From a virus (lineage: Duplodnaviria > Caudoviricetes), in IMG/VR virus record IMGVR_UViG_3300015082_000002, positions 1 to 48,701 of that record: a stretch of DNA of 48,701 nt; one strand, given 5' to 3'. Both the position numbers and the translations under genes were made by a program. The notes below the pieces were generated by a model, which was not told the DNA's origin, did not search any database, and saw only the letters and a list, made by a program, of their open reading frames with translations. Positions 17,871 to 27,716 of this stretch are shown in pieces. The stretch's first letter is position 1; each line of letters begins with the position of its first letter.

Positions 17871-19100
17871 ATGGCCGGCGCAAACGTCGCAGCCATCTCG
17901 AACGTGCTGAAGTACCGCTACCTCGGCCCGATCCAGGAGCAGCTCAACAACGACGTTCTCGTCACCCAGATCCTCGATCTGAACACGAAGAACATCGACC
18001 TGGACGGCCTCAAGGCTGTCGTACCTCTGCACTACGCTCGTAACTCCGGTGTCGGCGCTCGTCGCGAAGACGAGGCCCTGCCGACCGCCGGAGCACAGTC
18101 CTACGCCGCCGCTCAGTTCGACCTCGCCTACCTGTACGGCACGGCCCGCTTCACCGGCCAGGCCATCCAGAAGACGAAGACGGACGCGGGCGCGTTCCTG
18201 CGTGTCATCACGTCGGAACTCGACGGACTGAAGAACGACCTGACCCTCGACTCCGCTCGCCAGTTCTACGGCGACGGCACGGGCGTCATCGCCACGGTGG
18301 CCTCCCTCGCGGGCCAGGTCATCACGCTGACCTCAGCGGAGGCGCTCGACAAGGGCTACCTCGGCATCGGCATGACCATTGACATCGGCTCCATCGCGAA
18401 CCCGACGCTCCGCAACGCCGCGGTCGCGATCACGGATGCGGATCCCACCGTGCCGTCGATCACGATCACGGGCGCGGGCGCCATCGTCGCGAACGACGTC
18501 ATCTTCCGCGCGAGCAACGCGGACGGCACGGGCTCCAAGGAGATCAACGCCGGACTTCAGGCGCTCATCCCCACGGCAGCCAACACCGTCGGCGGCATCA
18601 ACGCCGCGTCGGTCGGCAACAAGTGGTGGGACAACAAGCGCGACACCTCTGGTGGGGCGCTCTCGCTGTCCAACCTCATGCTCGACTGGAACAAGGTTCT
18701 GGCGGCCGGTGGCCGCCCGGACAACATGGTCGCGCTGACCACGCCGGGCCTCGTGCGCCGGCTGTTCGCGACCTCGGACTTCACGTCCAACGTGCGGTTC
18801 GTGGATTCGACGCAGCTCACGGGCGGCTTCGAGTCCATCTCGTTCCAGGCTGGCGGTGGGCGGGTCAAGCTGATGGCTGACCGCCTCGCTCCGTACGGCA
18901 AGGTTCACTTCGTGGACAAGGCGAAGATCCAGGTGTACTCGCCGGGCGACTGGGACTACCTGTCGCGCGACGGCCTGACGATCCGCTGGGACTCCAACAA
19001 GGATGCTTACCTGGCAGTTTTGTTCAGGTATGTCAACCTCGGCATCTCGCAGCGCAACACGTCGCTCGTGATGTCCGGCCTGACGGACACCGGCTTCTAA
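17871..19100 (+). CDS. Major capsid protein
   Basis: 409 aa after the scaffold; GVGARREDEALP, QFYGDGTG; strong codon bias; followed by a terminator. Confidence 0.9.
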   Translation: MAGANVAAISNVLKYRYLGPIQEQLNNDVLVTQILDLNTKNIDLDGLKAVVPLHYARNSGVGARREDEALPTAGAQSYAAAQFDLAYLYGTARFTGQAIQKTKTDAGAFLRVITSELDGLKNDLTLDSARQFYGDGTGVIATVASLAGQVITLTSAEALDKGYLGIGMTIDIGSIANPTLRNAAVAITDADPTVPSITITGAGAIVANDVIFRASNADGTGSKEINAGLQALIPTAANTVGGINAASVGNKWWDNKRDTSGGALSLSNLMLDWNKVLAAGGRPDNMVALTTPGLVRRLFATSDFTSNVRFVDSTQLTGGFESISFQAGGGRVKLMADRLAPYGKVHFVDKAKIQVYSPGDWDYLSRDGLTIRWDSNKDAYLAVLFRYVNLGISQRNTSLVMSGLTDTGF

Positions 19101-19122
19101 GTCGGCGCAACTCTGGCTTCCG

Positions 19123-19169
19123 CCCGGCTGAGCCTGCCCCTTCGGGGGCGAATCAGCCGGGACTCTTTT
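19123..19169 (+). terminator. Terminator-like hairpin after the capsid gene
   Basis: CCCGGCTGA...cTTCGg...TCAGCCGGG then ACTCTTTT. Confidence 0.6.
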
Positions 19170-19297
19170 CATCGGAGAATCGGGGAGGTGATGCCTCATT
19201 TACCCGCAACCGAATACTGCTCCTCAGCTTCCGGGCACCATTTTAGTCGGCCCCGCTGGCTAGTAGCGGGGCCGACTACACACACCAAGGAGGGCGC

Positions 19298-19714
19298 ATG
19301 ACCGACATCTACCTGCCGGGATTCGGCCGCGTGCCGTTCAACATCGTCTCGGCCCAGAACGCCGTCTCGGAGTACGACCCCGACCTGATGCTCGGCCGCA
19401 ACGAGCACACCGGCGAGTGGCAGGCGCTCATCAAGAACGGCCCGCACGGGGGGCAGCCCTTCCCGGTATTCACCTTCGGGCTCGAGCTTCCCGACTACGA
19501 GGGCATCAAGCGCAAGCTGTACCTCTCGGACGTGCGTAAGCGCGGCCACCAGATCGTGCTCGACATCCAGAATCGGAACGACGCGCGCAAGGCAGAGCGC
19601 GACCGTGTCGCAGCCGACGCGGCCGGAGAGGTCGCGGAGTTCATGGAGCACGAGTTCCGCAAGTCAGGCGAGCACCCCAGCCCGCGCATCTTCGTCCCGT
19701 CCGGCAAGGAGTAG
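19298..19714 (+). CDS. Hypothetical protein
   Basis: AAGGAGG + ATG. Confidence 0.75.
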   Translation: MTDIYLPGFGRVPFNIVSAQNAVSEYDPDLMLGRNEHTGEWQALIKNGPHGGQPFPVFTFGLELPDYEGIKRKLYLSDVRKRGHQIVLDIQNRNDARKAERDRVAADAAGEVAEFMEHEFRKSGEHPSPRIFVPSGKE

Positions 19715-19717
19715 CCA

Positions 19718-20473
19718 GTGCTACCGATCATGAACGTGAAGGCGGGCAACGACCAGCGCAAGGCCCTGGCCCAGAAGATCATCTCGCAGATGCAGAACCA
19801 GGCCGTGCAGGGCCCCGGGGCCAACGCGCTCGCGGCCGTGAACCCTGGCGGCGCGATGCACGGGGCCAGCCCCTCGGGCGCCGCAGGCGCTCCGGGCTTC
19901 CAGCACTTCCTCACCGGACACGGCGGGGCGCCGAGCATGACCTTTCAGCCGGGCACCGCACCCGGACTCCAGCGCCAGCTCGGCCCCGGCTCTTTCGGGC
20001 ACGCGGGCGTGGGCCAGTACTCCGACGTGTACGGTTCGCCTACATCTGACAACGGCGGGGGGCACGGCGTGGGTAACAGCGTTGCGATGCGAGTCGCCCT
20101 TGCGGCGGCGATGGCCGGCATGGTCGGTAGCGGCGCAGGAGTTGCCCACGGCATGGGAGTTGGCCCCGGCGGCGGCGGCCCTCCGGGCCAGAATCCGGCA
20201 GTGCAGTCTCCCGGCGGCGGCTACATCAGCACCGTCAACGGCGTCACCACCTCGGGACAGGGCGCGATTCCCGGCGTCTCGGGCAGCGTTGCCCCGAACA
20301 CCCCGGCGCCGACCCCGTTCGTCAGCGCGCCCGGATCCAACATGGACGGCGGCTTCTACCAGCAGCCCGACACCTCGCAGAGCATCCACCTCGGCAACGG
20401 CGTCTACTACAACCCGCAGTCGGACACCGTTCACGGGATGCCGCTCGGCGGGGTCAGCCAGTGGTTCCGCTAA
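19718..20473 (+). CDS. Gly/Pro-rich protein
   Basis: In the late operon; AAGGAG SD. Confidence 0.7.
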   Translation: MLPIMNVKAGNDQRKALAQKIISQMQNQAVQGPGANALAAVNPGGAMHGASPSGAAGAPGFQHFLTGHGGAPSMTFQPGTAPGLQRQLGPGSFGHAGVGQYSDVYGSPTSDNGGGHGVGNSVAMRVALAAAMAGMVGSGAGVAHGMGVGPGGGGPPGQNPAVQSPGGGYISTVNGVTTSGQGAIPGVSGSVAPNTPAPTPFVSAPGSNMDGGFYQQPDTSQSIHLGNGVYYNPQSDTVHGMPLGGVSQWFR

Positions 20474-21136
20474 ATGGACATGACCACGATCTTCTCGGAG
20501 CTGGACGACGCCGGGTACACCGACATCTCCCCCTCCCGGAAGCTCACCGTCGTCCAGGCCGTCGTATGGGACATCGAGCGTAGGCACGCCTGGCCGTTCC
20601 TCGAGAAGACCATGACGCTGACGTTCAGCGGCAACAGCCCGATCCCGACGAACATGCCCGCCGACTTCCGCGCGTCGATCCGCGTCAAGGATCTGACCAC
20701 CGGGCGCCGCCTCACGTACATCCGCGAGGAGGAGTTCGAGGACTCCGTCGCCCTGCGGTACACGGAGGGCGGGGACACCGCCTGTTACTACTTCGACGGC
20801 ACGAACCTGAACGTGTGGCGCCTCCCCACGGCAGCGTCCACGATCAAGCTGAAGTACATCCGCTGGTCGCCGGTGCTCACGCAGTCCTCGCTCGAGACCG
20901 ACTTCCTGATCCCCAAGTACTTCCACCGGGACACCATCGTCAACGGCGCGCTCATGCGCCTGGCGGTGATGGACGACGACACCGAGCTGGCCCCGATGTA
21001 CCAGACGTACTTCGAGAACGGCATCGAGTCGATGGTCGAGGCCGTGTTCGCGCGGCAGTACGACCTCCCCGACCATGTGCTTGTCACTGACCCGGACGAC
21101 TGGGACTACGACGGCGCAGTGGGTCGGGTTCTCTAA
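20474..21136 (+). CDS. Head-tail adaptor / tail tubular protein A-like
   Basis: ~220 aa; RRHAWPFL, MPADF, IPKYFHRDTIVNGAL are typical of podovirus adaptors. Confidence 0.75.
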   Translation: MDMTTIFSELDDAGYTDISPSRKLTVVQAVVWDIERRHAWPFLEKTMTLTFSGNSPIPTNMPADFRASIRVKDLTTGRRLTYIREEEFEDSVALRYTEGGDTACYYFDGTNLNVWRLPTAASTIKLKYIRWSPVLTQSSLETDFLIPKYFHRDTIVNGALMRLAVMDDDTELAPMYQTYFENGIESMVEAVFARQYDLPDHVLVTDPDDWDYDGAVGRVL

Positions 21137-21165
21137 GAGACCACACGCAGACATAGGAGGTGCCC

Positions 21166-23697
21166 ATGCCGATGAAGATCGCTATCCCGGCTGGGCCCTC
21201 CTCGTCTGTCACGGAGACCTTCCCTCCGGCGCCGGGCGGCATGAACGTCGCCGTCCCCGCGAACGAGCTGGACGACACTCAGGCCCGGATCCTCCAGGAC
21301 ATCCTGGTCGACTACCCCGGCCTCGCGCGCCGGCGCGGCCCCATGGTGGCCGCATCAGGCGTAGCCGCGATGACCCGCATGGGTACCGGGATCGCCATGA
21401 CTCTCAACCCGCAGGGCATCGACCGCTACGCGGTGCTCAACGGCGACTCGGGCAACGGCTACTTCAGCGTGCTCTCGGCGGACATGTCCACCTGGACTGA
21501 CCTCGCCTGGCCGCACCCGCTCCCGACGTCCCCGCAGACCAGCAAGGCGCTCGCCTACCGGATCTACGACGCGCAGGCCGCCATCCTCGGCGGCGCGATG
21601 GTCGGGGTCAGCTCGGCCTACGACGCGAACGCGCCCAACGAAGCGCTCGCCTACTGGCGCGGCGGCATCAACGCGAACTACGCGACGGGCACGCTCACCG
21701 TGGCTCGGGGCTCGGCAGCCGTAGCGGGCGCGGGCACCGCCTGGGTCGCCAACGCCTCGCCGGGCATGCACCTGTTCGCCACGACGGACAACCGCGTGAT
21801 CGCTATCCCGACCGCCGTGGTTCCAACCCCGTCCACCGCGGGCGGCACCCTCGCCGCCAACACCTACTTCTACCGGGTGACGGCACTGAACGGGGCCGGG
21901 GAGACCACCGGATCCGTCGAGGTCACCGCGACCACGACCGGCGCTACCGGCAGCGTGGCCCTCGTCTGGGCCGCAGTCGCCGGGGCCACGTCGTACCGCA
22001 TCTACCGCGGCACCGCAGCCGGCGCCGAGAACGTCTTCTACACCTCGGCAGTCGCGTCCTTCACCGACACCGGGGCGGCGAGCACGGGCGGCACGGTTCC
22101 CGTCTCCAACACGGCCACGGTCGCTGGGTTCACGCAGACGCTGATCGGCACGGTGCTCCAGGTCAACTCGGACACCTCGATCACGCTCGACAAGGCCAGC
22201 CCCTACCCGATCACTGGCAAGGCGTACACGCTCCAGTCGATCCGCGGCGTCTACCCCCGCGTAACGGTCGGCCGGATCACGTGCGACATCAACAGCATGG
22301 TCATCAACGGCGGCGACACGAAGTTCCGGTCGCAGGGCCTCGGCACTGGCAACTGGAACCTCTACCGCGAGTCCGACTTCGTCTGGATCGGTGAGGTGGC
22401 CTCCGTCGCCTCCGAGACCTCGATCACGCTGATGGCCAACGCGGCCGTCGCGGTCGCGGACGAGGCGTACGTCGCCCTCCGCGCCGACGCCGACTGGAGC
22501 CTGACGATCACCGGCAACACGCAGAAGCCGGGGTTCCTCACGGCCTCCTACGCGGAGTTGCAGTGGTACGCCAACAACGGCCAGCAGTTCGACCACACCT
22601 ACCGCGTCTGGTTCTCGGACAGCTCGCACCCCGAGGCGCTCGACATGACCGACGACGGAAACTGGATCCCGGTCAGCTCGAGCGGCGAGGTGCAGGAGTC
22701 GATTCGCGCCATCGGCGCCGCGTACAACTCGCTCGTGGTGATGAAGGAGAACGAGACCTTCGCCATCATCGGATCAAGCCCCGCCACGTTCGCGGTCAAG
22801 AAGATCGAGGACGACGGCACGCTCGGCGGCATGTCCGTCCAGCAGTTCGGCGGCGGCGTGATCTGGGCGGGCCGGCAGGGCATCCACTACTACGACGGCA
22901 TCCAGCCCGTAGACCTCGTGGCCGACAAGCTCGGCGCGGTCTACAAGAACTCGATCCGCACGTTCGACCCGTCGCGCTACCGCCTCAACTCGATGATGGT
23001 GCGTAACCACTACTACCTCTGGGTCGAGAACATTGCCCCCACCCTCGCCATCGTCAAGGGCAACGTGTCCACGACGCCGAGTAGCTGGGGCATCGCGATC
23101 AACATGGAGACCCGCGCGGTCACGATGATGACGAACCTGCACATCCGGGGCTCGGTCGTCCTCCCGGCCAGCACGGGGCGCACGGTCTGGTACCTCGCGA
23201 ACGACGCCACCCACGGGTACGTCTGCGATGCCAACGCGCTGTTCGACTCCGAGGGCATTGACGCCTTCGCGGCCGACGGCGGGACGGCGGGGCCGGACTT
23301 CTTCTACGAGTCCAAGAAGTTCGACGCGGGCGACGGGATGCGGCTCAAGAAGTTCAAGGAGCTGGCGGCCAACTACCTCGCGCAGGGCGGCAACCTGAAC
23401 ATCGACGTGGTGCTCGGGCTGAACGACATCGGGCAGACCCTGACGTCTAGCTTCCCCTCGAGCGTCTACACCTGGAACACGCTGCGCCAGTCGTTCGCGA
23501 CCTGGACGGCGCTGAAGACCTCGTACCCGACGTGGCTACAGGTCATCCAGGGCGTCTTCCAGCCGAAGCGCGTGCGCTTCTCCAAGGCATCGGAGTTCTT
23601 GTCCTTCCGCCTCTACCAGTCGTCCAGCGCGATGACTCGAGTGCGGATCGGCCCCTACAAGATCGGCTACAAGCTGATGCGGAACATGAGGGTCTAG
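21166..23697 (+). CDS. Tail nozzle / stabilisation protein (P22 gp10 or T7 gp12-like) with an FN3-like insert
   Basis: PGGMN start, VWFSD..PE, LVVMKEN propeller motifs; inserted YFYRVTALNGAGET...SYRIYRGT module. Confidence 0.75.
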   Translation: MPMKIAIPAGPSSSVTETFPPAPGGMNVAVPANELDDTQARILQDILVDYPGLARRRGPMVAASGVAAMTRMGTGIAMTLNPQGIDRYAVLNGDSGNGYFSVLSADMSTWTDLAWPHPLPTSPQTSKALAYRIYDAQAAILGGAMVGVSSAYDANAPNEALAYWRGGINANYATGTLTVARGSAAVAGAGTAWVANASPGMHLFATTDNRVIAIPTAVVPTPSTAGGTLAANTYFYRVTALNGAGETTGSVEVTATTTGATGSVALVWAAVAGATSYRIYRGTAAGAENVFYTSAVASFTDTGAASTGGTVPVSNTATVAGFTQTLIGTVLQVNSDTSITLDKASPYPITGKAYTLQSIRGVYPRVTVGRITCDINSMVINGGDTKFRSQGLGTGNWNLYRESDFVWIGEVASVASETSITLMANAAVAVADEAYVALRADADWSLTITGNTQKPGFLTASYAELQWYANNGQQFDHTYRVWFSDSSHPEALDMTDDGNWIPVSSSGEVQESIRAIGAAYNSLVVMKENETFAIIGSSPATFAVKKIEDDGTLGGMSVQQFGGGVIWAGRQGIHYYDGIQPVDLVADKLGAVYKNSIRTFDPSRYRLNSMMVRNHYYLWVENIAPTLAIVKGNVSTTPSSWGIAINMETRAVTMMTNLHIRGSVVLPASTGRTVWYLANDATHGYVCDANALFDSEGIDAFAADGGTAGPDFFYESKKFDAGDGMRLKKFKELAANYLAQGGNLNIDVVLGLNDIGQTLTSSFPSSVYTWNTLRQSFATWTALKTSYPTWLQVIQGVFQPKRVRFSKASEFLSFRLYQSSSAMTRVRIGPYKIGYKLMRNMRV

Positions 23698-24200
23698 TGC
23701 CGCCGATACAGCAGGACACCATCGGCGGCTGGGCCCAGTCCCAGCTCGTGAAGTTCATCCAGGACTTGTTCACGAGCCACCCGCCCGAGAACTTCCCGCA
23801 GCTCAAGGTGGAGCGGCTCACCGTCACCGAGCTACTCACCGTCGAGGACAAGATCGGCTTCAACTCCGACCCGACATGGCGCGACGTCGGCTCGACGGGG
23901 CAGCCCTTGTTCGAGAACGGCTGGGCCTCCTGGGGCCTGCCGTACCACAACGTCGGCTTCTGGCGTGACCCGTTCGACTGGGTTCACCTCCGCGGGGTCG
24001 TCAAGTCAGGGCTCGTGGGCAAGCAGGCGTTCACGCTCCCGGTCGGTTTCCGGCCGGACGCGAACATCGCCCCGTTCGCCGTCGTCTCTGGCGGCGTCTT
24101 CGGGCGTGTCGACGTCGGCTCGGACGGGACGGTCACTCCGATCTCGCCGTCGGCCAACACGTCCGTCTCGCTCTCCCAGATCGTCTTCAAGGCCGCGTAG
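23697..24200 (+). CDS. Tail-associated protein
   Basis: GTG 23697 coupled; FENGW...VHLRG...FTLPVGFRP is a tail-fibre tip-type motif. Confidence 0.7.
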   Translation: MPPIQQDTIGGWAQSQLVKFIQDLFTSHPPENFPQLKVERLTVTELLTVEDKIGFNSDPTWRDVGSTGQPLFENGWASWGLPYHNVGFWRDPFDWVHLRGVVKSGLVGKQAFTLPVGFRPDANIAPFAVVSGGVFGRVDVGSDGTVTPISPSANTSVSLSQIVFKAA

Positions 24201-24236
24201 GCCCCACCACTTACACCCCGCCAGGAAGGAGGCCCC

Positions 24237-25148
24237 TTGCCAACTGACGCCAATGGAGCGCCTACGTCTCTGGGCATCCCCACCTACGACGTGAACGCCG
24301 ACGCGCCTTCGGGTCTCGGGTTCAACGCGGCGATGGCGGTCATCAACACGCTGATCGGCGCGCGCATGACCGCACCCGCGACCCCCGCGGACGGCGATGC
24401 CCCGGTGTGGGACTCGGCCTCGTCCACCTGGAAGTCGAACGCGACCGCCAAGAAGATCGCCATGGGCGGCCTCGCGAGCTACCCGTTCGTGAACGCGGAC
24501 GTTGCGGCGGCTGCGGCCATCGCGGTCTCCAAGCTCGCGGCGGGGTCGAACGGCCAGGTGCTCACCACGACTGGCGGCGTTCCCGTGTGGGGCGCGGGCG
24601 GGTCGACCGTGCTCAAGAAGACGGCCATCACCGACGTAGTGAACTCTCTGGCTGTCACGGACATCCTCGCTGGCGTGGGGGTGCTCCCGATCCTCACCAC
24701 TACGAGCATCATCCGGGTGAAGCTCTGGGGTGACCGCCTGAACAACACCGGCGCGGGGCACGCTCTCACGCTCGAGGTCAAGCTGGGCGCCACCACGATC
24801 TGGAAGGACACCTTCAACGCCGCTAACGATTTCGCCGCCGCCACGAAGCGAGCCTGGACACTCGACCTCGAGATCGTCAACAACGGCGCCACCAGCTCCC
24901 AGACGGCGGCCGGTCTTTACGTTCTGGGCGCGGAGACCGCCCCGACCACCGGATTCGGCGGCGGCAACAGCGGCGCAATCTCGTGGACACCGTCTGGCAC
25001 CGCTAACAAGGCTCTCGGGGTTACGCTCGGAGGCTCGGCTGCGGAGGACACCACCGTATCCAAGACTCTCGTGGTGAACGTCACCCATGACGCCGCCAAT
25101 GCCCTGCTGTCTCAGCGATGCACCGGCGCCCTGATTGAGGTGCTCTAG
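24237..25148 (+). CDS. Tail fibre-like protein
   Basis: Box + AAGGAGG + TTG; AAIAVSKLA and GSNGQVLTT fibre motifs. Confidence 0.7.
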   Translation: MPTDANGAPTSLGIPTYDVNADAPSGLGFNAAMAVINTLIGARMTAPATPADGDAPVWDSASSTWKSNATAKKIAMGGLASYPFVNADVAAAAAIAVSKLAAGSNGQVLTTTGGVPVWGAGGSTVLKKTAITDVVNSLAVTDILAGVGVLPILTTTSIIRVKLWGDRLNNTGAGHALTLEVKLGATTIWKDTFNAANDFAAATKRAWTLDLEIVNNGATSSQTAAGLYVLGAETAPTTGFGGGNSGAISWTPSGTANKALGVTLGGSAAEDTTVSKTLVVNVTHDAANALLSQRCTGALIEVL

Positions 25149-26018
25149 GTGAGTGCCGCAGCGCCCGCAGCATCGGCACCGTACGACACGAACGTCCCCG
25201 GCGCAGCGGGCTACCTCCAGGCCGACCTCATGGCCAAGACCGCGTACCAGAACTCCCTCACCCGGATCAACGGGCAGCGGCAGCAGGCACTCCAGCAGGC
25301 GGGGTACACCGGCGGCATCGACCCGAACAACGGGACGATCACCGGGCTCAGCGTGGACGCCAACAACCCGTTCGGCGGGTACCAGCAGCTCCTGAAGAAC
25401 GGAGCGGTCAGTGCCCAGGCAGCCCAGGACGCCGCGCAGCAGCGCGGGCTTGGGCACGGGGGCCTCGCGGCCCAGGGCATGGACGCGGCCAAGTTCGACT
25501 TCGGCAACGCCTCCAACTCCTTCGGCACGCAGTTCCAGTCGATCCTCGGAGACCTCCAGGGCCAGCAGAGTGACGCGGCCTACGCACGCGACCAGGCTCT
25601 CTGGTCGGCGCAGCAGCAGGCGGCGCAGCAGGCCATCGCGGCGGGTGACTTCAACCCGGCGATGTTCGACTTCACGCCGGCCGACTACTCGACGCCCAGC
25701 GACGGCAGCACCGCTCCCGTCAGCGGAGACCCGAACAGCATGGACTTCGCGTCTGAGCTTCAGCGCAACGTCACCCGCGCGCTGGGGGGCAGTGTGGCGC
25801 AGCAGGCCCTCGATACTAGAGGCGCAGGCATGAACTTCCTGCACGGCAACGGCACTACCGCGGCGCAGAACGGCAACGCCGTCCTGAACCCGGTCGGCAA
25901 GACCGCCGCGCAGCGTGCAGCAGTCCAGCGGATCGTCAAGTCGATCCAGCCCCAGACCAAGACGGCAGCGGCGTTCCAGCCCAAGCCAGCCGCGAAGCCC
26001 GCGGCCAAGAAGAAGTAG
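25149..26018 (+). CDS. Internal virion / ejection protein
   Basis: Ala/Gln/Gly-rich helical protein after the tail genes. Confidence 0.65.
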   Translation: MSAAAPAASAPYDTNVPGAAGYLQADLMAKTAYQNSLTRINGQRQQALQQAGYTGGIDPNNGTITGLSVDANNPFGGYQQLLKNGAVSAQAAQDAAQQRGLGHGGLAAQGMDAAKFDFGNASNSFGTQFQSILGDLQGQQSDAAYARDQALWSAQQQAAQQAIAAGDFNPAMFDFTPADYSTPSDGSTAPVSGDPNSMDFASELQRNVTRALGGSVAQQALDTRGAGMNFLHGNGTTAAQNGNAVLNPVGKTAAQRAAVQRIVKSIQPQTKTAAAFQPKPAAKPAAKKK

Positions 26019-26028
26019 GAGGCGAGAC

Positions 26029-27549
26029 ATGGGATTCGCACCCGGCCCCGGTGGGGCCAAGCTCGCCAAGACCTTCGTGGGCAAGGCGAAGCCGAAGATC
26101 ATGCCGCAGACGGGAACCTCGGTTCCCGGCGGGCGCACCGCTACGGGGGCGCTCACGGGCACCAAGACGGTCAACGTCGGCGGGCCCGGCGTCACGCAGC
26201 AGCTCGACGTCAAGGCGCTACAGGCCACCCTCGCCAAGGCCGGGTACAAGATCCCGGTCGACGGTCAGCTTGGGCCGACCACGAAGGCCGCGCTGGGGGA
26301 TTACCTCCAGGTCAGCAAGGGCCACCCGATCAGCACGGCCCTCCAGGCTGCGCTCGGGAAGACCGCGATCACGGGCAACCGCGACCCGGCGAGGTTCAAC
26401 TCGCTGCTGAACCCGAGCACCAAGAGCATCGTCAGCACGGTGAAGGTCGACAAGAACGGCAACGATCCCGGCGGCACCACGGCCCCTCCGGCCGGTGGTG
26501 GTCAGCAGCAGGGCAACGGCAGCATCGACTTCTCGAGCCTCGGTGACCCGAACACCGCCTCGGTCTACTCGGAGGCGCTCGCCAACGACGGCTCTCACGC
26601 CATCGACCCCAGCTACGCCAACCAGATCGCCGGACTCCAGTTCGACCCGCAGATCACCGACCTGGCGAACCAGATCAAGGGCCAGCCCGAGCAGGCCGCG
26701 CAGAACATGCACGACATCCAGCACTGGTACGACCTCGTCAAGGCGTCCCAGGCGACCGCGGGCACCCGAGACGCGGCGGCCGGGGCAGCGGGTGTCCACT
26801 CGATCCAGGGGGCCAACTCGTCCATCCTCTCCTCCCTCGGCGGGGCGGCCAACGCGGCCGGTGCCACCGTGGGCGCAGCGGGAGCAGCCGGGCTCGGCAC
26901 GCTCGCGGCCAACGCGACGACGCAGGATCAGTACAACAACGACATCGCGCCTATCCTCCAGTTGGAGCAGTCGGGGGCACTCTCTCACGAGAACGCCCGA
27001 CAGTCCCAGCTCGCGGCGTCCCTCGCCGCCCAGATGGCCAGCCTCAAGGGCCAGCGCGGGCAGGCGCAGGGTGTCGCCCAGACCGACCTGATGAAGTACA
27101 ACAACGACCAGTCGAACAACTACTTCACGCGGCTGATGGCGATCAAGGATCACAACTCGGCGGCGGCGCAGCAGAACTACACGAACCGGCGCTCAGTGAT
27201 CGAGGATCAGATCGCCGCCATGACCAACGGCATCAAGGCCCAGGCGGCGCAGACCATCGCGGACGCCAGGCTCGCAGCCGCCACGGGCGGCGGGGCCAAG
27301 GCAGTCAACATGGCGAAGATCGCCCAGGTGGCCTCCGGGCTGCTCGGGGTCGACGCGCAGGGCAGGCTCCCGGTCGGAGTCACCCCGGCGGCGGCGGCGC
27401 AGAAGATCGCGGCAGCACTGATCTCGCAGGGCCTCACTCGGGGCTCGAGCGAGTACCAGACGCTCGGCCAGCAGCTCTACGGCACGTACAAGGGCAACGA
27501 CGGCCAGCCGCTACAGGCGCAGCCGACGTGGTTCAGCGGGCAGGGCTAG
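26029..27549 (+). CDS. Internal virion protein with a peptidoglycan-binding domain
   Basis: ATG 26029 behind AGGAGG; DVKALQATLAKAGYKIPVDGQLGPTTKAAL matches PG_binding_1. Confidence 0.75.
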   Translation: MGFAPGPGGAKLAKTFVGKAKPKIMPQTGTSVPGGRTATGALTGTKTVNVGGPGVTQQLDVKALQATLAKAGYKIPVDGQLGPTTKAALGDYLQVSKGHPISTALQAALGKTAITGNRDPARFNSLLNPSTKSIVSTVKVDKNGNDPGGTTAPPAGGGQQQGNGSIDFSSLGDPNTASVYSEALANDGSHAIDPSYANQIAGLQFDPQITDLANQIKGQPEQAAQNMHDIQHWYDLVKASQATAGTRDAAAGAAGVHSIQGANSSILSSLGGAANAAGATVGAAGAAGLGTLAANATTQDQYNNDIAPILQLEQSGALSHENARQSQLAASLAAQMASLKGQRGQAQGVAQTDLMKYNNDQSNNYFTRLMAIKDHNSAAAQQNYTNRRSVIEDQIAAMTNGIKAQAAQTIADARLAAATGGGAKAVNMAKIAQVASGLLGVDAQGRLPVGVTPAAAAQKIAAALISQGLTRGSSEYQTLGQQLYGTYKGNDGQPLQAQPTWFSGQG

Positions 27550-27686
27550 GCAGGCTGCTGAACCAGTCCGGCTGAACTGCCGAACGGGCTGTACGGCTTC
27601 GAGTGGTGGGGGTGGTGGCTCATAACCAGGGCCGCCACCACCACCGCTACGGCCAGCACTACGACGCTTGCGGCTACCCAGCGCAC
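27546..27686 (-). CDS. Small membrane-anchored protein (moron-like)
   Basis: MRWVAASVVVLAVAVVVAALVM transmembrane segment; fills the intergenic gap antisense to the late operon. Confidence 0.55.
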   Translation of the reverse strand: MRWVAASVVVLAVAVVVAALVMSHHPHHSKPYSPFGSSAGLVQQPA

Positions 27687-27716
27687 GCGCACACCGTACC
27701 ACTGAAAGGAGGCTCC

